From assembly GCA_035519555.1 (NCBI GenBank), contig DATIWG010000074.1:1292-65291 (forward strand): a stretch of DNA of 64,000 nt, in the 5' to 3' direction. Source of the DNA: Nitrosotalea sp. (GTDB taxonomy: Bacteria > Methylomirabilota > Methylomirabilia > Rokubacteriales > CSP1-6). Both the position numbers and the translations under genes were made by a program. The notes under the pieces are model-generated. The model was not told the DNA's origin and did no database searches. It saw only the letters and a program-made list of their open reading frames with translations. Positions 1-9,266 of this stretch are shown here, in pieces. The number at the start of each line of letters is the position of its first letter. Position 1 is the first letter of the stretch.

Positions 1-2082
1 TGAAAATGACGTGGTGAGGGGCTCGCTCCCGGTCGCGGGATGAGCGCGCAGGGTGATGACGTTCTCGCCCAGGTCGGACACGCTCACCGTGACCGCGTGG
101 GTCGCGGTGCCACCGGACTGGCTCGTGGCGACGGCGGTGAGAGTGGCCGAGGGCGACGCGACCGGCACCATCGCGGCGAAGGCGCCCCCCTGTATGGCCG
201 CCACGACGCCATTGACGGTGAGGCCTACCTCGGCGTCACCGGAAATGACCGTACCACGAACCAGCAGCACTCCCGCAGGAACGGTGGCTCCCGCGGTGGG
301 CTCGGTGATGGTCACCTGCGCGCCCGAGACCGTGAAGGTCCGCTGCGCGGGGGTCGGGTCCTCGTTGCCCGCCTGGTCACGCGCCTTGACCGCGAAGGTA
401 TGCGGACCCGAGCCGAGCCCGGCGAGCGTCGCGGCCGTCGCGCTACCGAATGGGCTGAAGGCCCCGCCGTCCAGCCGCCAGGCGAACGCCAGACCTGAGG
501 CGGGCGAAAGGTTGTCGGTGCCGGCGAAGGTGAAGCTCGCGCTCGAGGTGGAGATCGGGCCGGCCGGCCCGTCGGTGATCTGGGTTTCCGGCGGCGTGTT
601 GTCCACGATCACCGTCCGGCTGGCCGTGGCGGCGTTCTGCGCCGGATCGGTCGCGGTCGCCGTCAGCGTGTGCACGCCGTCGGCGACCGAGCCGGTGCTC
701 CAGCTCGCTGTCGCCGTGACCGCGCTCGCAGGTGGGCTCGGAGCGAGCGTCGGCGTCAGCGGCTGGCTGTCGGCGCGCAAGGTCAAGCTGGAGATACCGC
801 CGGTGGTATCCGTGGCCTGCGCCTGGACGCTGACCACGCCCCGCACGTGGGCGTTCAGCGGCGGCGACTGGAAGTCGACGGCCGGCGGCTCACCATCGCG
901 CCTGGCCTCGACGGCGCCGATGTCGAAGCGCGCCGGGCCGCCGGCCGTCCCGGCGGCAGGCCGCACCCCTTCGCCGAAGTAGTCGGCCTCGAGGCGCGCG
1001 TTCAGGTCGGGAGTCAGCACCGTCCGCGGATCGAGACCGCGATCGATGAGGGGGGATGCCGGCGCGGGGGTCGGATCGTCCAGCGTGCTCGGCAGCGGGT
1101 CTCCCCCGATGAGACCCCGATAGACCGTGGCGGGATTGCCGCACCCGGGACTCGGCGTGACGCCAGGCCCCTCGGCACCGGTCGGCGTGAAATTGGCGCC
1201 GTCCGTTCCATCGAGGACCGCGCCCGCGATCTCACCCCGCCGGTTGCCGCAGACCAGATTGTTCCGCAGCACGAGCGCGGCCGCCAACGATCCCGCGGCC
1301 GGGTCTCGCCAGACGCCCACGCGGCCGCCCGTGGAGCCGGGCTGCGTGCCGTTCCCGGTGATCGCGTTGTTGACCAGCAGCAAGGCGTGCGCCCGGGTGA
1401 CGCTCACCCCGTTCCAGCCATTGCCGTGGATGGTGTTCTGCACGATGGTGTGCAGGCCGCCCTCTGGATCCGTCGTGGCGATGCCACTGCGCCCATTGGC
1501 GATGATCAGGTTGTTGAGGATCACGGTGGCGAGATTGCCGCCCGCGATCGTGATGCCGCCATCGCAGCCGGAGCCGCCATTCCCCGCGATCCGATTGCGC
1601 TCGATGCGCACGGCCACGTTCTGGTCAGTGCCGCCGGCCAGCACGATGCCGGCGCCGCCGGCGCCGCTGATGGTGAGGCCCCGGATCGTGATGAAGCGCG
1701 ATTGCCCGAGACGGATGGCGTGCCCCTGCGCGCATTGCTGAACTGCCCCACGCACGACCACGCTTCCGGGTGGGGCGCCGGGGTCGGCCTCGATCACGAT
1801 CCGGCTACCCTCGGCTTTCGCGAACGCATTCTTGCCGGCGATGCTCACCTGCTCGACGTACGTCCCCGCCTGGATCTGGACCGTGTCCCCGGCCTGCGCC
1901 GCATTCACCGCGGCCTGGATGCTGCCGTAGCACGGGGAGCGGCCATCGCACGAGGGGTCCGCGCGATTGACGTGACGGATCGTGGCGCCCTCGGCGAGCC
2001 GGACCGGGGCCAGCGTGATCGTCGAGATCGCCAGGGTCAGCACCAGGAGCAGGAGATCGACAGGTCGTGGGTTCGGGGCCAT
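1..2082 (-). CDS. secreted right-handed beta-helix (NosD/pectin-lyase-fold-like) protein with C-terminal Ig-like modules; C-terminus runs off the window
   Basis: Not in the ORF track (no stop inside the window). My minus-strand translation from ATG 2082-2080 gives MAPNPRPVDLLLLVLTLAISTITLAPV (signal peptide). Repeated beta-helix turns follow (IERNRIAGNGG, ILNNLIIANGRSG, VQNTIHGNGWNG, LVNNAITGNG, LRNNLVCGN). Then come Ig-like modules (VIVDNTPPETQITDGP...FTFAGTD...HTFAVKARDQAGNEDPTP). The frame stays open to position 1. Confidence 0.8.
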   Translation of the reverse strand, partial: MAPNPRPVDLLLLVLTLAISTITLAPVRLAEGATIRHVNRADPSCDGRSPCYGSIQAAVNAAQAGDTVQIQAGTYVEQVSIAGKNAFAKAEGSRIVIEADPGAPPGSVVVRGAVQQCAQGHAIRLGQSRFITIRGLTISGAGGAGIVLAGGTDQNVAVRIERNRIAGNGGSGCDGGITIAGGNLATVILNNLIIANGRSGIATTDPEGGLHTIVQNTIHGNGWNGVSVTRAHALLLVNNAITGNGTQPGSTGGRVGVWRDPAAGSLAAALVLRNNLVCGNRRGEIAGAVLDGTDGANFTPTGAEGPGVTPSPGCGNPATVYRGLIGGDPLPSTLDDPTPAPASPLIDRGLDPRTVLTPDLNARLEADYFGEGVRPAAGTAGGPARFDIGAVEARRDGEPPAVDFQSPPLNAHVRGVVSVQAQATDTTGGISSLTLRADSQPLTPTLAPSPPASAVTATASWSTGSVADGVHTLTATATDPAQNAATASRTVIVDNTPPETQITDGPAGPISTSSASFTFAGTDNLSPASGLAFAWRLDGGAFSPFGSATAATLAGLGSGPHTFAVKARDQAGNEDPTPAQRTFTVSGAQVTITEPTAGATVPAGVLLVRGTVISGDAEVGLTVNGVVAAIQGGAFAAMVPVASPSATLTAVATSQSGGTATHAVTVSVSDLGENVITLRAHPATGSEPLTTSFS

Positions 2083-2310
2083 GCCGCCGCAGGGAAGCAC
2101 CGCCTGTGCCACGAGCCACGCCGCGCATTCGGGCAGGGTTGTCGCCACGTTGGCCGGTTGCCGCCTCCAGCGCCCGGGCCGAGACCTCAATGGCCTGTGC
2201 AGTCCGGGGCTGCCGCTGCCACGTCCGCCGGGCAGCCACGACCTCGCTGGAATATGGTCCAGACCTGGAGGTTGCCGTATAGTTGGGCACGTTCTGCGAG
2301 GGAGGAACCC

Positions 2311-3183
2311 GTGAGGCTACCCCGCGACCGCTTCGACTACTCGCCATTCCCCGCCCGCAAGCCGTGGAAGCTCCCCAAGGGCGCCCGCATCGCGGTGTGG
2401 ACCATCGTCAACATCGAGGAGTGGGACATCGAGAAGGCGATGGCGCGTCAGTACCTCACCGCGCCTCAGGGCGTGGCCACCGTGCCGGACGTGCCCAACT
2501 GGGCCTGGCACGACTACGGCATGCGCGTGGGGTTCTGGCGTCTGCTGGACGCGCTCGCAAAGCGGAAGATCCGCGCCACCACCTCCATCAACGCCCACGT
2601 GGTCGAGTCGTACGAGCCGGTCGCCCGTGCCATGCTGGACGCGGGATGGGAGTTCATGGCCCACGGGGTCATCCAGGGGGCGATGCATCTCCTGCCCGAT
2701 CAGCGCGCGGCCATCCGCGAGTCGGTCGCGCTGCTGCACAAGTTCACCGGCAAGAAGCCGAGGGGCTGGCTCGGCCCCGGGCTCACCGAGACGTGGGAAA
2801 CGCTCGACTACCTCGCCGCCGAGGGCATCGAGTACGTCTCCGACTGGGTCAACGACGATCAGCCCTACGAGATCCGCACCACCTCGGGGCCGCTCGTGTC
2901 CGTGCCCTACACGCTCGAGCTGAACGACATCCCGATGATGGTGATCCAGCACCACACCTCCGGCGACTGGCTGCAGCGGGCGAAGGACCAGTTCGACCGG
3001 CTCTACGCCGAGGGCGCGAAGAACCCGCGGGTGATGGCGCTGGCCGTCCACCCGTACATCTCGGGCGTCCCGCATCGCATCAAGTACTTCGAGGCGGTCT
3101 ACGACTACATGCGCAAGAAGCCCGGGGTGTGGATGACCACCGGTGAGGAGATCTACGAGTGGTACAGGCAATCGCACCGGTGA
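2311..3183 (+). CDS. polysaccharide deacetylase family protein (PuuE/allantoinase-like)
   Basis: C-terminal 290 aa of track ORF 670..3183. GTG 2311 follows GGAGG (2301-2305). Recognisable blocks: RIAVWTIVNIEEWD, WEFMAHGV, ALAVHPYISGVPHRIKYFE. The upstream part of that track ORF is Arg-rich antisense of the beta-helix gene. Confidence 0.75.
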   Translation: MRLPRDRFDYSPFPARKPWKLPKGARIAVWTIVNIEEWDIEKAMARQYLTAPQGVATVPDVPNWAWHDYGMRVGFWRLLDALAKRKIRATTSINAHVVESYEPVARAMLDAGWEFMAHGVIQGAMHLLPDQRAAIRESVALLHKFTGKKPRGWLGPGLTETWETLDYLAAEGIEYVSDWVNDDQPYEIRTTSGPLVSVPYTLELNDIPMMVIQHHTSGDWLQRAKDQFDRLYAEGAKNPRVMALAVHPYISGVPHRIKYFEAVYDYMRKKPGVWMTTGEEIYEWYRQSHR

Positions 3184-3190
3184 TACCGTC

Positions 3191-4381
3191 ATGAATCGCT
3201 GGGTGATGCTGCTGGTGATCTTCTTCACGCGGACCTCGCTCGGCTTTCAGTTCCAGTCCATCGCCGCCCTCACCCCGTTCCTCGTCACCGTCTTCGACCT
3301 GTCCTATGCGCAGGTGGGGCTGCTGATGGGGCTCTTCATGCTGCCCGGCGTGGTCTTCGCCTTGCCCGGCGGCCTGCTCGGGCAGCGCTTCGGAAGCCTC
3401 CGCGTGGTGGTGGCCGGGCTCGGGCTCATGGTCGTGGGCGGCATCATCGTGTCGTACAGCCACGGCTTCAACGCGGCCGCCCTCGGCCGGACCCTCTCGG
3501 GAACGGGCGGCGTGCTGGTGAACATCATGCTCGCCCGCATGGTGGCCGACTGGTTCCGCGGGCGCGAGCTGCAGACTGCGATGGGCATCATGCTCGCGGC
3601 GTGGCCGTTCGGGATGGCCCTGGCCCTGATGATCCTGGGCTCCTTCGCCGCCGCCTCGTCGTGGCGGCTGGCCGAGTACGCCACCGTGGTGGCGGGCGGC
3701 CTCGCGCTCGGCCTGATCGGGCTGATGTACCAGGACCCGCCCAATGCGGCCGCGGCCGAGCGCACCGCGCTCCGGCTCAACGTGCCGCGTCGGGTGTGGG
3801 CGCTCGCGGTCAGCGCCGGCATCAGCTGGGCCGTGCTCAACGCCAGCGTGATCGTGGTAGCGAGCTTCGCGCCCTCGTTCCTGATGTCCCGCGGCTCGTC
3901 GGTCACCGAGGCGGGCCTGATCACCGGCGCCGCGCTCTGGATCAGCATCGTGGCGGTGCCGCTCGGCGGCCTCGTGGCGGACCGCGTCAACCGGCCGCAG
4001 CTCCTGATCGCCGTCAGCTGCCTGCTCTCCGCCATCACCATCGCGTGCATCGCGCGTGCGCCCATGCCCGCGCTGTGGATGGTGCTGAGCGGCATCCTGC
4101 TCGGCCTGCCGCCCAGCATCCTGATGTCGCTGCTGCCGCGCGCGGTCCTCGCCGAGCACCTGGCCACCGCGCTCGGCGTGTACTACGCGCTGTTCTACCT
4201 CGGCATGGCCGTCTCGCAGACCATGGCCGGGCTGCTGCGGGACCTCACCGGCGACCCGGGAATGCCCTTACTCTTTGCCGCCCTCTTGATGGCGGCCACC
4301 GTGCCCGCCGTCTTCGCCTTCTGGCGCATCGAGGCCGGTCGCGTACCCGAGCCGGAGATGGTCACCGCCGACCGGCCATGA
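3191..4381 (+). CDS. MFS transporter
   Basis: Track ORF 3143..4381. Multi-TM hydrophobic profile with an MFS-type loop (LPGGLLGQRFGSLR). Start moved to ATG 3191 (MNRWVMLLVIFF), 8 nt after the upstream stop. Confidence 0.8.
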   Translation: MNRWVMLLVIFFTRTSLGFQFQSIAALTPFLVTVFDLSYAQVGLLMGLFMLPGVVFALPGGLLGQRFGSLRVVVAGLGLMVVGGIIVSYSHGFNAAALGRTLSGTGGVLVNIMLARMVADWFRGRELQTAMGIMLAAWPFGMALALMILGSFAAASSWRLAEYATVVAGGLALGLIGLMYQDPPNAAAAERTALRLNVPRRVWALAVSAGISWAVLNASVIVVASFAPSFLMSRGSSVTEAGLITGAALWISIVAVPLGGLVADRVNRPQLLIAVSCLLSAITIACIARAPMPALWMVLSGILLGLPPSILMSLLPRAVLAEHLATALGVYYALFYLGMAVSQTMAGLLRDLTGDPGMPLLFAALLMAATVPAVFAFWRIEAGRVPEPEMVTADRP

Positions 4382-4403
4382 CCGGAGGCGTAGACTGAGC
4401 CCC

Positions 4404-5846
4404 ATGCGCGAGGCGGGCGACATCCTCCTAGTGGCCTGCTACGAGCTCGGCCATCAGCCCCTGGCGGTGGCATGGCCGGCGGCGTTCCTCGAGCGCGCCG
4501 GCTACCGACCCGCGCTGATGGATGTCTCGGTGGAGCCAGTGGACGACGAGAAGCTCGCCCGCGCCAGGGTCGTCGCCGTCTCGGTGCCGATGCACACCGC
4601 GCTGCGCCTGGGGCTCGAGGTCGCCGCGCGGGCCCGCGCCGTGAATCCCGCCGCCCACGTGTGCTTCTTCGGGCTCTACGCCACGCTCAACTCCGAGTTC
4701 CTCTTCGCGCACGGCGTCGATAGCGTGATCGGTGGCGAGGCGGAGACTCCCCTGTGCTCGCTCATCGACGCGCTCGAGCGGGGCGACGCCGGGTCACTGC
4801 CCGCGGTGGCGCGCCCGGGCCGGCCGGCCGCGCCGTACCTCGAGCGGCTCGACTTCCCGATGCCGAGCCGCTCGGCGCTGCCCTCCATCAAGAAGTACGC
4901 GCACCTCGAGCGCGACGGGCGCATGGAGCTGGTGGCCTATGCGGAGGCCAGCCGCGGCTGCCTGCATCGGTGCCGGCACTGCCCGATCCCGCCGGTCTAC
5001 GGCGGCCGCTTCTTCGCGGTGCCGCGGGAGATCGTGCTGGCCGACGTGCGCCAGCAGATCGAGGCGGGCGCGCGCCACGTCACCTTCGGAGACCCGGACT
5101 TCCTCAACGGGCCGACCCATGCGCTCGCAGTGGCGCGCGCCGTCCACGCCGAGTGGCCGGACGTCACCTTCGACTTCACCGCGAAGATCGAGCACCTGCT
5201 ACGCCATCGCGGCCACCTGCCCGCGCTGCAGGCGGCGGGCTGCCTCTTCATCGTCTCCGCGGCCGAGTCGCTGAGCGACGTCGTGCTCGGACACCTGGAG
5301 AAGGGCCACACGCGCGCCGACATCGCGACCGCGCTCGCGGTCACGCGGCAGGCCGGCATCGCGCTGCGGCCGACGTGGGTGGCCTTCACGCCGTGGACGA
5401 CGCTCGACGATCACCGCGCGTGGCTCGACTTCCTGGCGGTGGAGAACCTGATAGACGCAGTCGATCCGGTGCAGTACGGCCTGCGCCTGCTGGTGCCGCC
5501 GGGCTCGCGGCTGCTCGAGACCGCGGCGCTCGAGCCCCACCTGGGCCCGCTCGAGCGGGAGACGCTCTCCTACCGCTGGACCCATCCCGATCCGCGCATG
5601 GACGCGCTGCAGGTCGAGACGGCGCAGGTGGTGGCCCGGAGCGTGGAGGAAAAAGCCGACGCGCCCGCCATCTTCGACCGCGTGCGCGCGCTGGCCGCAG
5701 CCGCGGCGGGCGTCGCGGCCCCTTCGCCGGTGACCGCAGGCATGAGCAAGGGCCGCAAGCGACCGCCTCGGCTCACCGAGGCGTGGTTCTGCTGAGCGGA
5801 GCCCACCCGGGGCCAGTTGGCCCTGACCTCACCAACGCTTCTCTAG
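4404..5846 (+). CDS. B12-binding-like/radical SAM protein with C-terminal Cys-Sec 'CUAEP' tail (selenoprotein; TGA 5793-5795 read as Sec)
   Basis: Track ORF 4404..5795 ends ...RLTEAWFC + TGA. The next codons are GCG GAG CCC (AEP) and the frame stays open to TAG 5844-5846. The radical SAM CX3CX2C motif is present (SRGCLHRCRHCP). A hairpin lies 13 nt downstream of the TGA. Confidence 0.8.
5808..5825 (+). other. candidate SECIS hairpin for the radical SAM UGA
   Basis: CGGGGCC-AGUU-GGCCCUG: a 7-bp stem (one G-U pair) with an AGUU tetraloop, starting 13 nt 3' of UGA 5793-5795. Confidence 0.5.
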
Positions 5847-5865
5847 CTCAGCGGACGTGGGTCGT

Positions 5866-5909
5866 CCCGGCCACGTGGTGTCGGAAGGCACTCGGCCGGG
5901 CGTTTTCTC
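5866..5909 (+). terminator. weak candidate intrinsic terminator after the radical SAM gene
   Basis: CCCGGCC (5866-5872) pairs with GGCCGGG (5894-5900), followed by CGTTTTCTC. The 21-nt loop is large, so this is weak. Confidence 0.25.
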
Positions 5910-5969
5910 ATGCGGATCTCATGCGAGCCTCATGGTCTGGTTGTTTCATGGCCGGAGGAGGAAATTGCC

Positions 5970-6470
5970 ATGAGACAGAGGATCGCAGCAGGCATCGGCG
6001 CCGGGCTCGTCGCCGGCGTGATCTTCGCGGTGGTGATGCGCATCTTGCCGGTTGCGGCCCCGGACGGGCGCCAGCTCACCATGACCGCCTACGCGGCCCG
6101 GCTCATCCATGCCGTGAGCCCACGGGCCGGCTGGCTCGTCTACCTCGCCTACGCGGTCCTGCTAGGCGCGCTCTACGGCGCGGCCTTCTTCGCGGGCCGG
6201 ACCGGCGGGCTCCGGGCCGCCATCCTGGGCGGGGCGTGGGGACTCGGCTGGTTCGTGCTGACCGGGTTCGGGGTGGTCCCGGCGCTGCTCGGTGACCACC
6301 CGTTCTCCGCCGCCGCGCTCCAGGAGTTGACACGCATCGGGGTGCCGCTGCTGGTGGGCCACATCGTCTACGGCCTGGTGCTCGGGTCGGGCTTCAACCT
6401 GATCATGGGCGCCGTCACCAGACCTGGAAGCTCGGGTCACACGCAGCACGGTATACGGCGGGCCGCGTGA
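5970..6470 (+). CDS. hypothetical integral membrane protein
   Basis: Track ORF 5910..6470. Start moved to ATG 5970 behind GGAGGAG (5954-5960). Several Gly/Ala-rich hydrophobic helices. No family recognised. Confidence 0.6.
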   Translation: MRQRIAAGIGAGLVAGVIFAVVMRILPVAAPDGRQLTMTAYAARLIHAVSPRAGWLVYLAYAVLLGALYGAAFFAGRTGGLRAAILGGAWGLGWFVLTGFGVVPALLGDHPFSAAALQELTRIGVPLLVGHIVYGLVLGSGFNLIMGAVTRPGSSGHTQHGIRRAA

Positions 6471-6488
6471 GTCCGAGGAGGACAGATC

Positions 6489-6920
6489 ATGAGAACGAAC
6501 GCGAATCGGTGGGCTCTCGCTCTGGGCAGCGCGCTCCTGGTCGCTCCGGCAGCATGGGCGGCCGACATCGTCGAGCATTCGGGCAGCGTGACCGCGGTGG
6601 ACGCGGCGCGACACACCATCACGATCGAGGAGATGGGGTCGTGGCACCCCGGCAAGAGGAACGTCAAGCGCGAGGTCTTCGCGCTGACGCCCGAGACTCG
6701 GGTCGAGCTGGCGCGCCGTCAGGAGGTGCCCGGCGGCTACCCCGGTCAATGGACCGAACAGGCGTTGACGTCGTCGGCTCCGCGCGTCGGAGACTTCGCC
6801 ACGATCACCGCCCAGCGCGAGGGCGGACGGCTCCAGGCCACCGCGGTCGTGGTGGTGCGGCCGGACGGCTCGGGACAGCCGCCCGGCCCTCCCGAGGGGC
6901 GGGTGAAGAGCCGGATCTGA
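6489..6920 (+). CDS. hypothetical secreted protein
   Basis: Track ORF with a signal-peptide-like N-terminus (ALALGSALLVAPAAWAAD) and coding-like codon usage. No family recognised. Confidence 0.55.
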   Translation: MRTNANRWALALGSALLVAPAAWAADIVEHSGSVTAVDAARHTITIEEMGSWHPGKRNVKREVFALTPETRVELARRQEVPGGYPGQWTEQALTSSAPRVGDFATITAQREGGRLQATAVVVVRPDGSGQPPGPPEGRVKSRI

Positions 6921-6996
6921 CGCGCCGGGCGAGAGGGCCTCGAGTTCTCATCTGGCCCTCATGGTCCTCTCACGACCCGGTGGTACCGATGATTCC

Positions 6997-8217
6997 ATGA
7001 GCGGTCGACGCGCGCCCCTGGCTGCCCTCGCGCTCGTCGCGCTGGCCGGCACCGGTGTGGTGGCCGCCGCCGGAGTGGGCAGCGCGGATACCTACCAGGC
7101 CATGAGGCTCTATGCCGAGGCGATGTCCGCCATCCACGACGGCTACGTGGACGAGCTGGCGTGGACCAAGATGGTCCGGGATGGCATCCGCGGGGCTGTT
7201 CAGGGTCTCGACGGCGACAGCACGGTGCGCGAGCCGAGCCCATCCGCGGACCATGGGCACCACGCCATCCTGGAGGCGGGCGATGTCGGGCTTGCTTTGG
7301 CCCGTCGCGCCGGATTGCTCACCGTGGTCGCGGCGCCGGCCGGGCTGCCGGCTGCGGGCGCGGGAATCCGATCCGGCGATCGCATCCTGACCTTCGACGG
7401 TGAGGCCGTCGAGGCCGCGACGGCAGAGACGGCCGCACGGCGCCTCCGCGGCCTGCCCGGCAGCCAGGTCTCGCTGACCGTCATCCGGAGCGGCTGGGCC
7501 GAGGCCAAGCCCTTCACCCTCACCCGGGTCGACCCGCCACCCACCGCGCCGAGTCATCGGCTCCTGGACGGCGCGATCCTCTACGTGCGCATTCCCCGGG
7601 TGGACGACACGGCCGCGCGGACGCTCGGCCATGTGCTGACCGCGAGTCCGGCGGATCGGGCCACCGGGCTGGTGCTGGACCTCAGGGACACCGCGGGCGG
7701 GCAGATCGAGGCGGCGCGGGCAATCGCGTCGCTGTTCCTCGATCCGGGCTGCGTGATCACTCACATCGAGAGCCGCGGGTCCGGAACGCCACCGACGCTC
7801 ACGACCGTGAGCGCGCCGTCACGGTGGAACCGGCCCGTGGTGCTCCTGGTGAGCCGGGGCACCGCCTCGGCGGCCGAGGTCCTGGCGGGCGCGATGCAGG
7901 ACACGCGCCGGGCAGTCATCGTGGGCTCGCCGACGTTCGGCGACGCCTCGACCCAGTCCACCATCCCGCTCTCGGACGGCTCCACGCTCTCGCTGACGAC
8001 CGCCCGATATCTGACCCCGCGGCGTCATCCGATCACGGGCCACGGCATCGCGCCCGACGTCGCGCCGTCCGGGGGGCCGCGCGGCGCGACGGCCGGGACC
8101 GACCCCGAGCTGGAGCTGGCCTCCGAGATGGTAAAGGCGGCGAGCATTCTCGAGCACGGCGGCGTGGGTGCGGCCCCCGCCGAGGTCGCGCTCGGGCGCT
8201 GCGACGCTGCCGCCTGA
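6997..8217 (+). CDS. S41 family C-terminal processing peptidase with PDZ-like domain
   Basis: Track ORF 6961..8217, start moved to ATG 6997 (MSGRRAPLAALALVALAG). PDZ-like GIRSGDRILTFDGEAV. Nucleophile block VLLVSRGTASAAEVLAGAMQD. Confidence 0.7.
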   Translation: MSGRRAPLAALALVALAGTGVVAAAGVGSADTYQAMRLYAEAMSAIHDGYVDELAWTKMVRDGIRGAVQGLDGDSTVREPSPSADHGHHAILEAGDVGLALARRAGLLTVVAAPAGLPAAGAGIRSGDRILTFDGEAVEAATAETAARRLRGLPGSQVSLTVIRSGWAEAKPFTLTRVDPPPTAPSHRLLDGAILYVRIPRVDDTAARTLGHVLTASPADRATGLVLDLRDTAGGQIEAARAIASLFLDPGCVITHIESRGSGTPPTLTTVSAPSRWNRPVVLLVSRGTASAAEVLAGAMQDTRRAVIVGSPTFGDASTQSTIPLSDGSTLSLTTARYLTPRRHPITGHGIAPDVAPSGGPRGATAGTDPELELASEMVKAASILEHGGVGAAPAEVALGRCDAAA

Positions 8218-8249
8218 GGAGTGAACCGACGTCTTGCAGGAGGTGCGTG

Positions 8250-8732
8250 ATGGGAACCGTGAAGATGAAGCTGGCCGTGATCGTGGCGCTGCTCCTCGGC
8301 GCGAGCACCGTCGGAGCAACGGAGCAGACGTACACCGCGAAGCTGGACGGCGCCGCCGAGGTGCCCCCGGTCCGGAGCACGGCGTCCGCCGAGGCGACCT
8401 TCACCGTTTCGCCCGACGGCAAGAAGATCGACTACACCCTGATGGTTCGTGATCTCAACGACATCACGATGGCGCACATCCACCTGGGCACGGGGGGCAA
8501 GAACGGCCCGGTCGTGGCCCGGCTCTACCCGATCACGGGCACGTCCAAGCTGATCAAGGGCCAGGACAACGGCCAGCTGGCGAAGGGGGAGATCAGCGAG
8601 GCCAGCCTGCTGGGACCCGAGAAGGGCAAGCCTCTCGCCACCCTCGTCAAGGCCATCCAGGACGGCGACGCCTACGTGAACATCCACACCGCCGAGCACA
8701 AGGCAGGCGAGGTGCGCGGCCAGATCAAGTAG
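8250..8732 (+). CDS. CHRD domain-containing secreted protein
   Basis: Distal part of track ORF 7824..8732. ATG 8250 follows AGGAGG. Signal peptide, then AKLDGAAEVPPV...ITMAHIHLGTGGKNGPVV...YVNIHTAEHKAGEVRGQI, typical of CHRD. Confidence 0.8.
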   Translation: MGTVKMKLAVIVALLLGASTVGATEQTYTAKLDGAAEVPPVRSTASAEATFTVSPDGKKIDYTLMVRDLNDITMAHIHLGTGGKNGPVVARLYPITGTSKLIKGQDNGQLAKGEISEASLLGPEKGKPLATLVKAIQDGDAYVNIHTAEHKAGEVRGQIK

Positions 8733-8740
8733 CGAGCCAG

Positions 8741-9253
8741 CTAGGCCGGACGCGGCACCACGTGCCCGCACTTGCGACAGGTGCGGTGCGCCTGGGCGCC
8801 GTAGAAGTCGGCGTACACCTCGGAGACCGGATCGTCCCGCCAGTCGCCGACCTGCCGCACCGCCTCGTAGAGCAGAGCGCCGCAGGCCGGGCAGTACCAG
8901 AGGAATCGGTCCGACTCGGCCGCCCGCCGCCGGCGCTCGAGCACGAGCACGTACGCGTCCCGCGCGAAGCGCGGCGAGTGCGGAGTGCCGGCCGGGCAGT
9001 GCAGGATCTCGCCCTCGCGGATGACCGCCACCTTCTCCTCGCCGTCGGGCGTGCGGTAGTGCAGGTTCATGTCGCCCTTGATCATGTACATGACCTCGTC
9101 GCTCGGGTCGACGTGGAACTCGCTCCGGCCCTCGCGGCCGCGCGCCACGAAGGCGATCGAGTCGTCGGTCTGCCACAGCACGTTGATCGGCTTGGTGGCC
9201 GACCCGATGATGGCAGTGATCTGATCGAGGTCCAGTGCGCGCATGGCATTCAT
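8741..9253 (-). CDS. nbaC: 3-hydroxyanthranilate 3,4-dioxygenase
   Basis: 170-aa cupin (FHVDPSDEVMYMIKGDMNLHY...GEILHCPAGTPHSP) with a C-terminal rubredoxin-like CPACG...CRKCGH, as in bacterial HAAO. Confidence 0.85.
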   Translation of the reverse strand: MNAMRALDLDQITAIIGSATKPINVLWQTDDSIAFVARGREGRSEFHVDPSDEVMYMIKGDMNLHYRTPDGEEKVAVIREGEILHCPAGTPHSPRFARDAYVLVLERRRRAAESDRFLWYCPACGALLYEAVRQVGDWRDDPVSEVYADFYGAQAHRTCRKCGHVVPRPA

Positions 9254-9266
9254 GGGTCCTGCCTCC

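Noticed and set aside
670-2310. 5' two-thirds of the 837-aa + strand track ORF (also 53..982 + and 1127..1741 +)
   Set aside because: Arg/Gly/Ala/Pro-rich low-complexity translation with no motifs. The opposite strand encodes a convincing signal-peptide/beta-helix/Ig-like protein. Only the part from GTG 2311 matches a known family.
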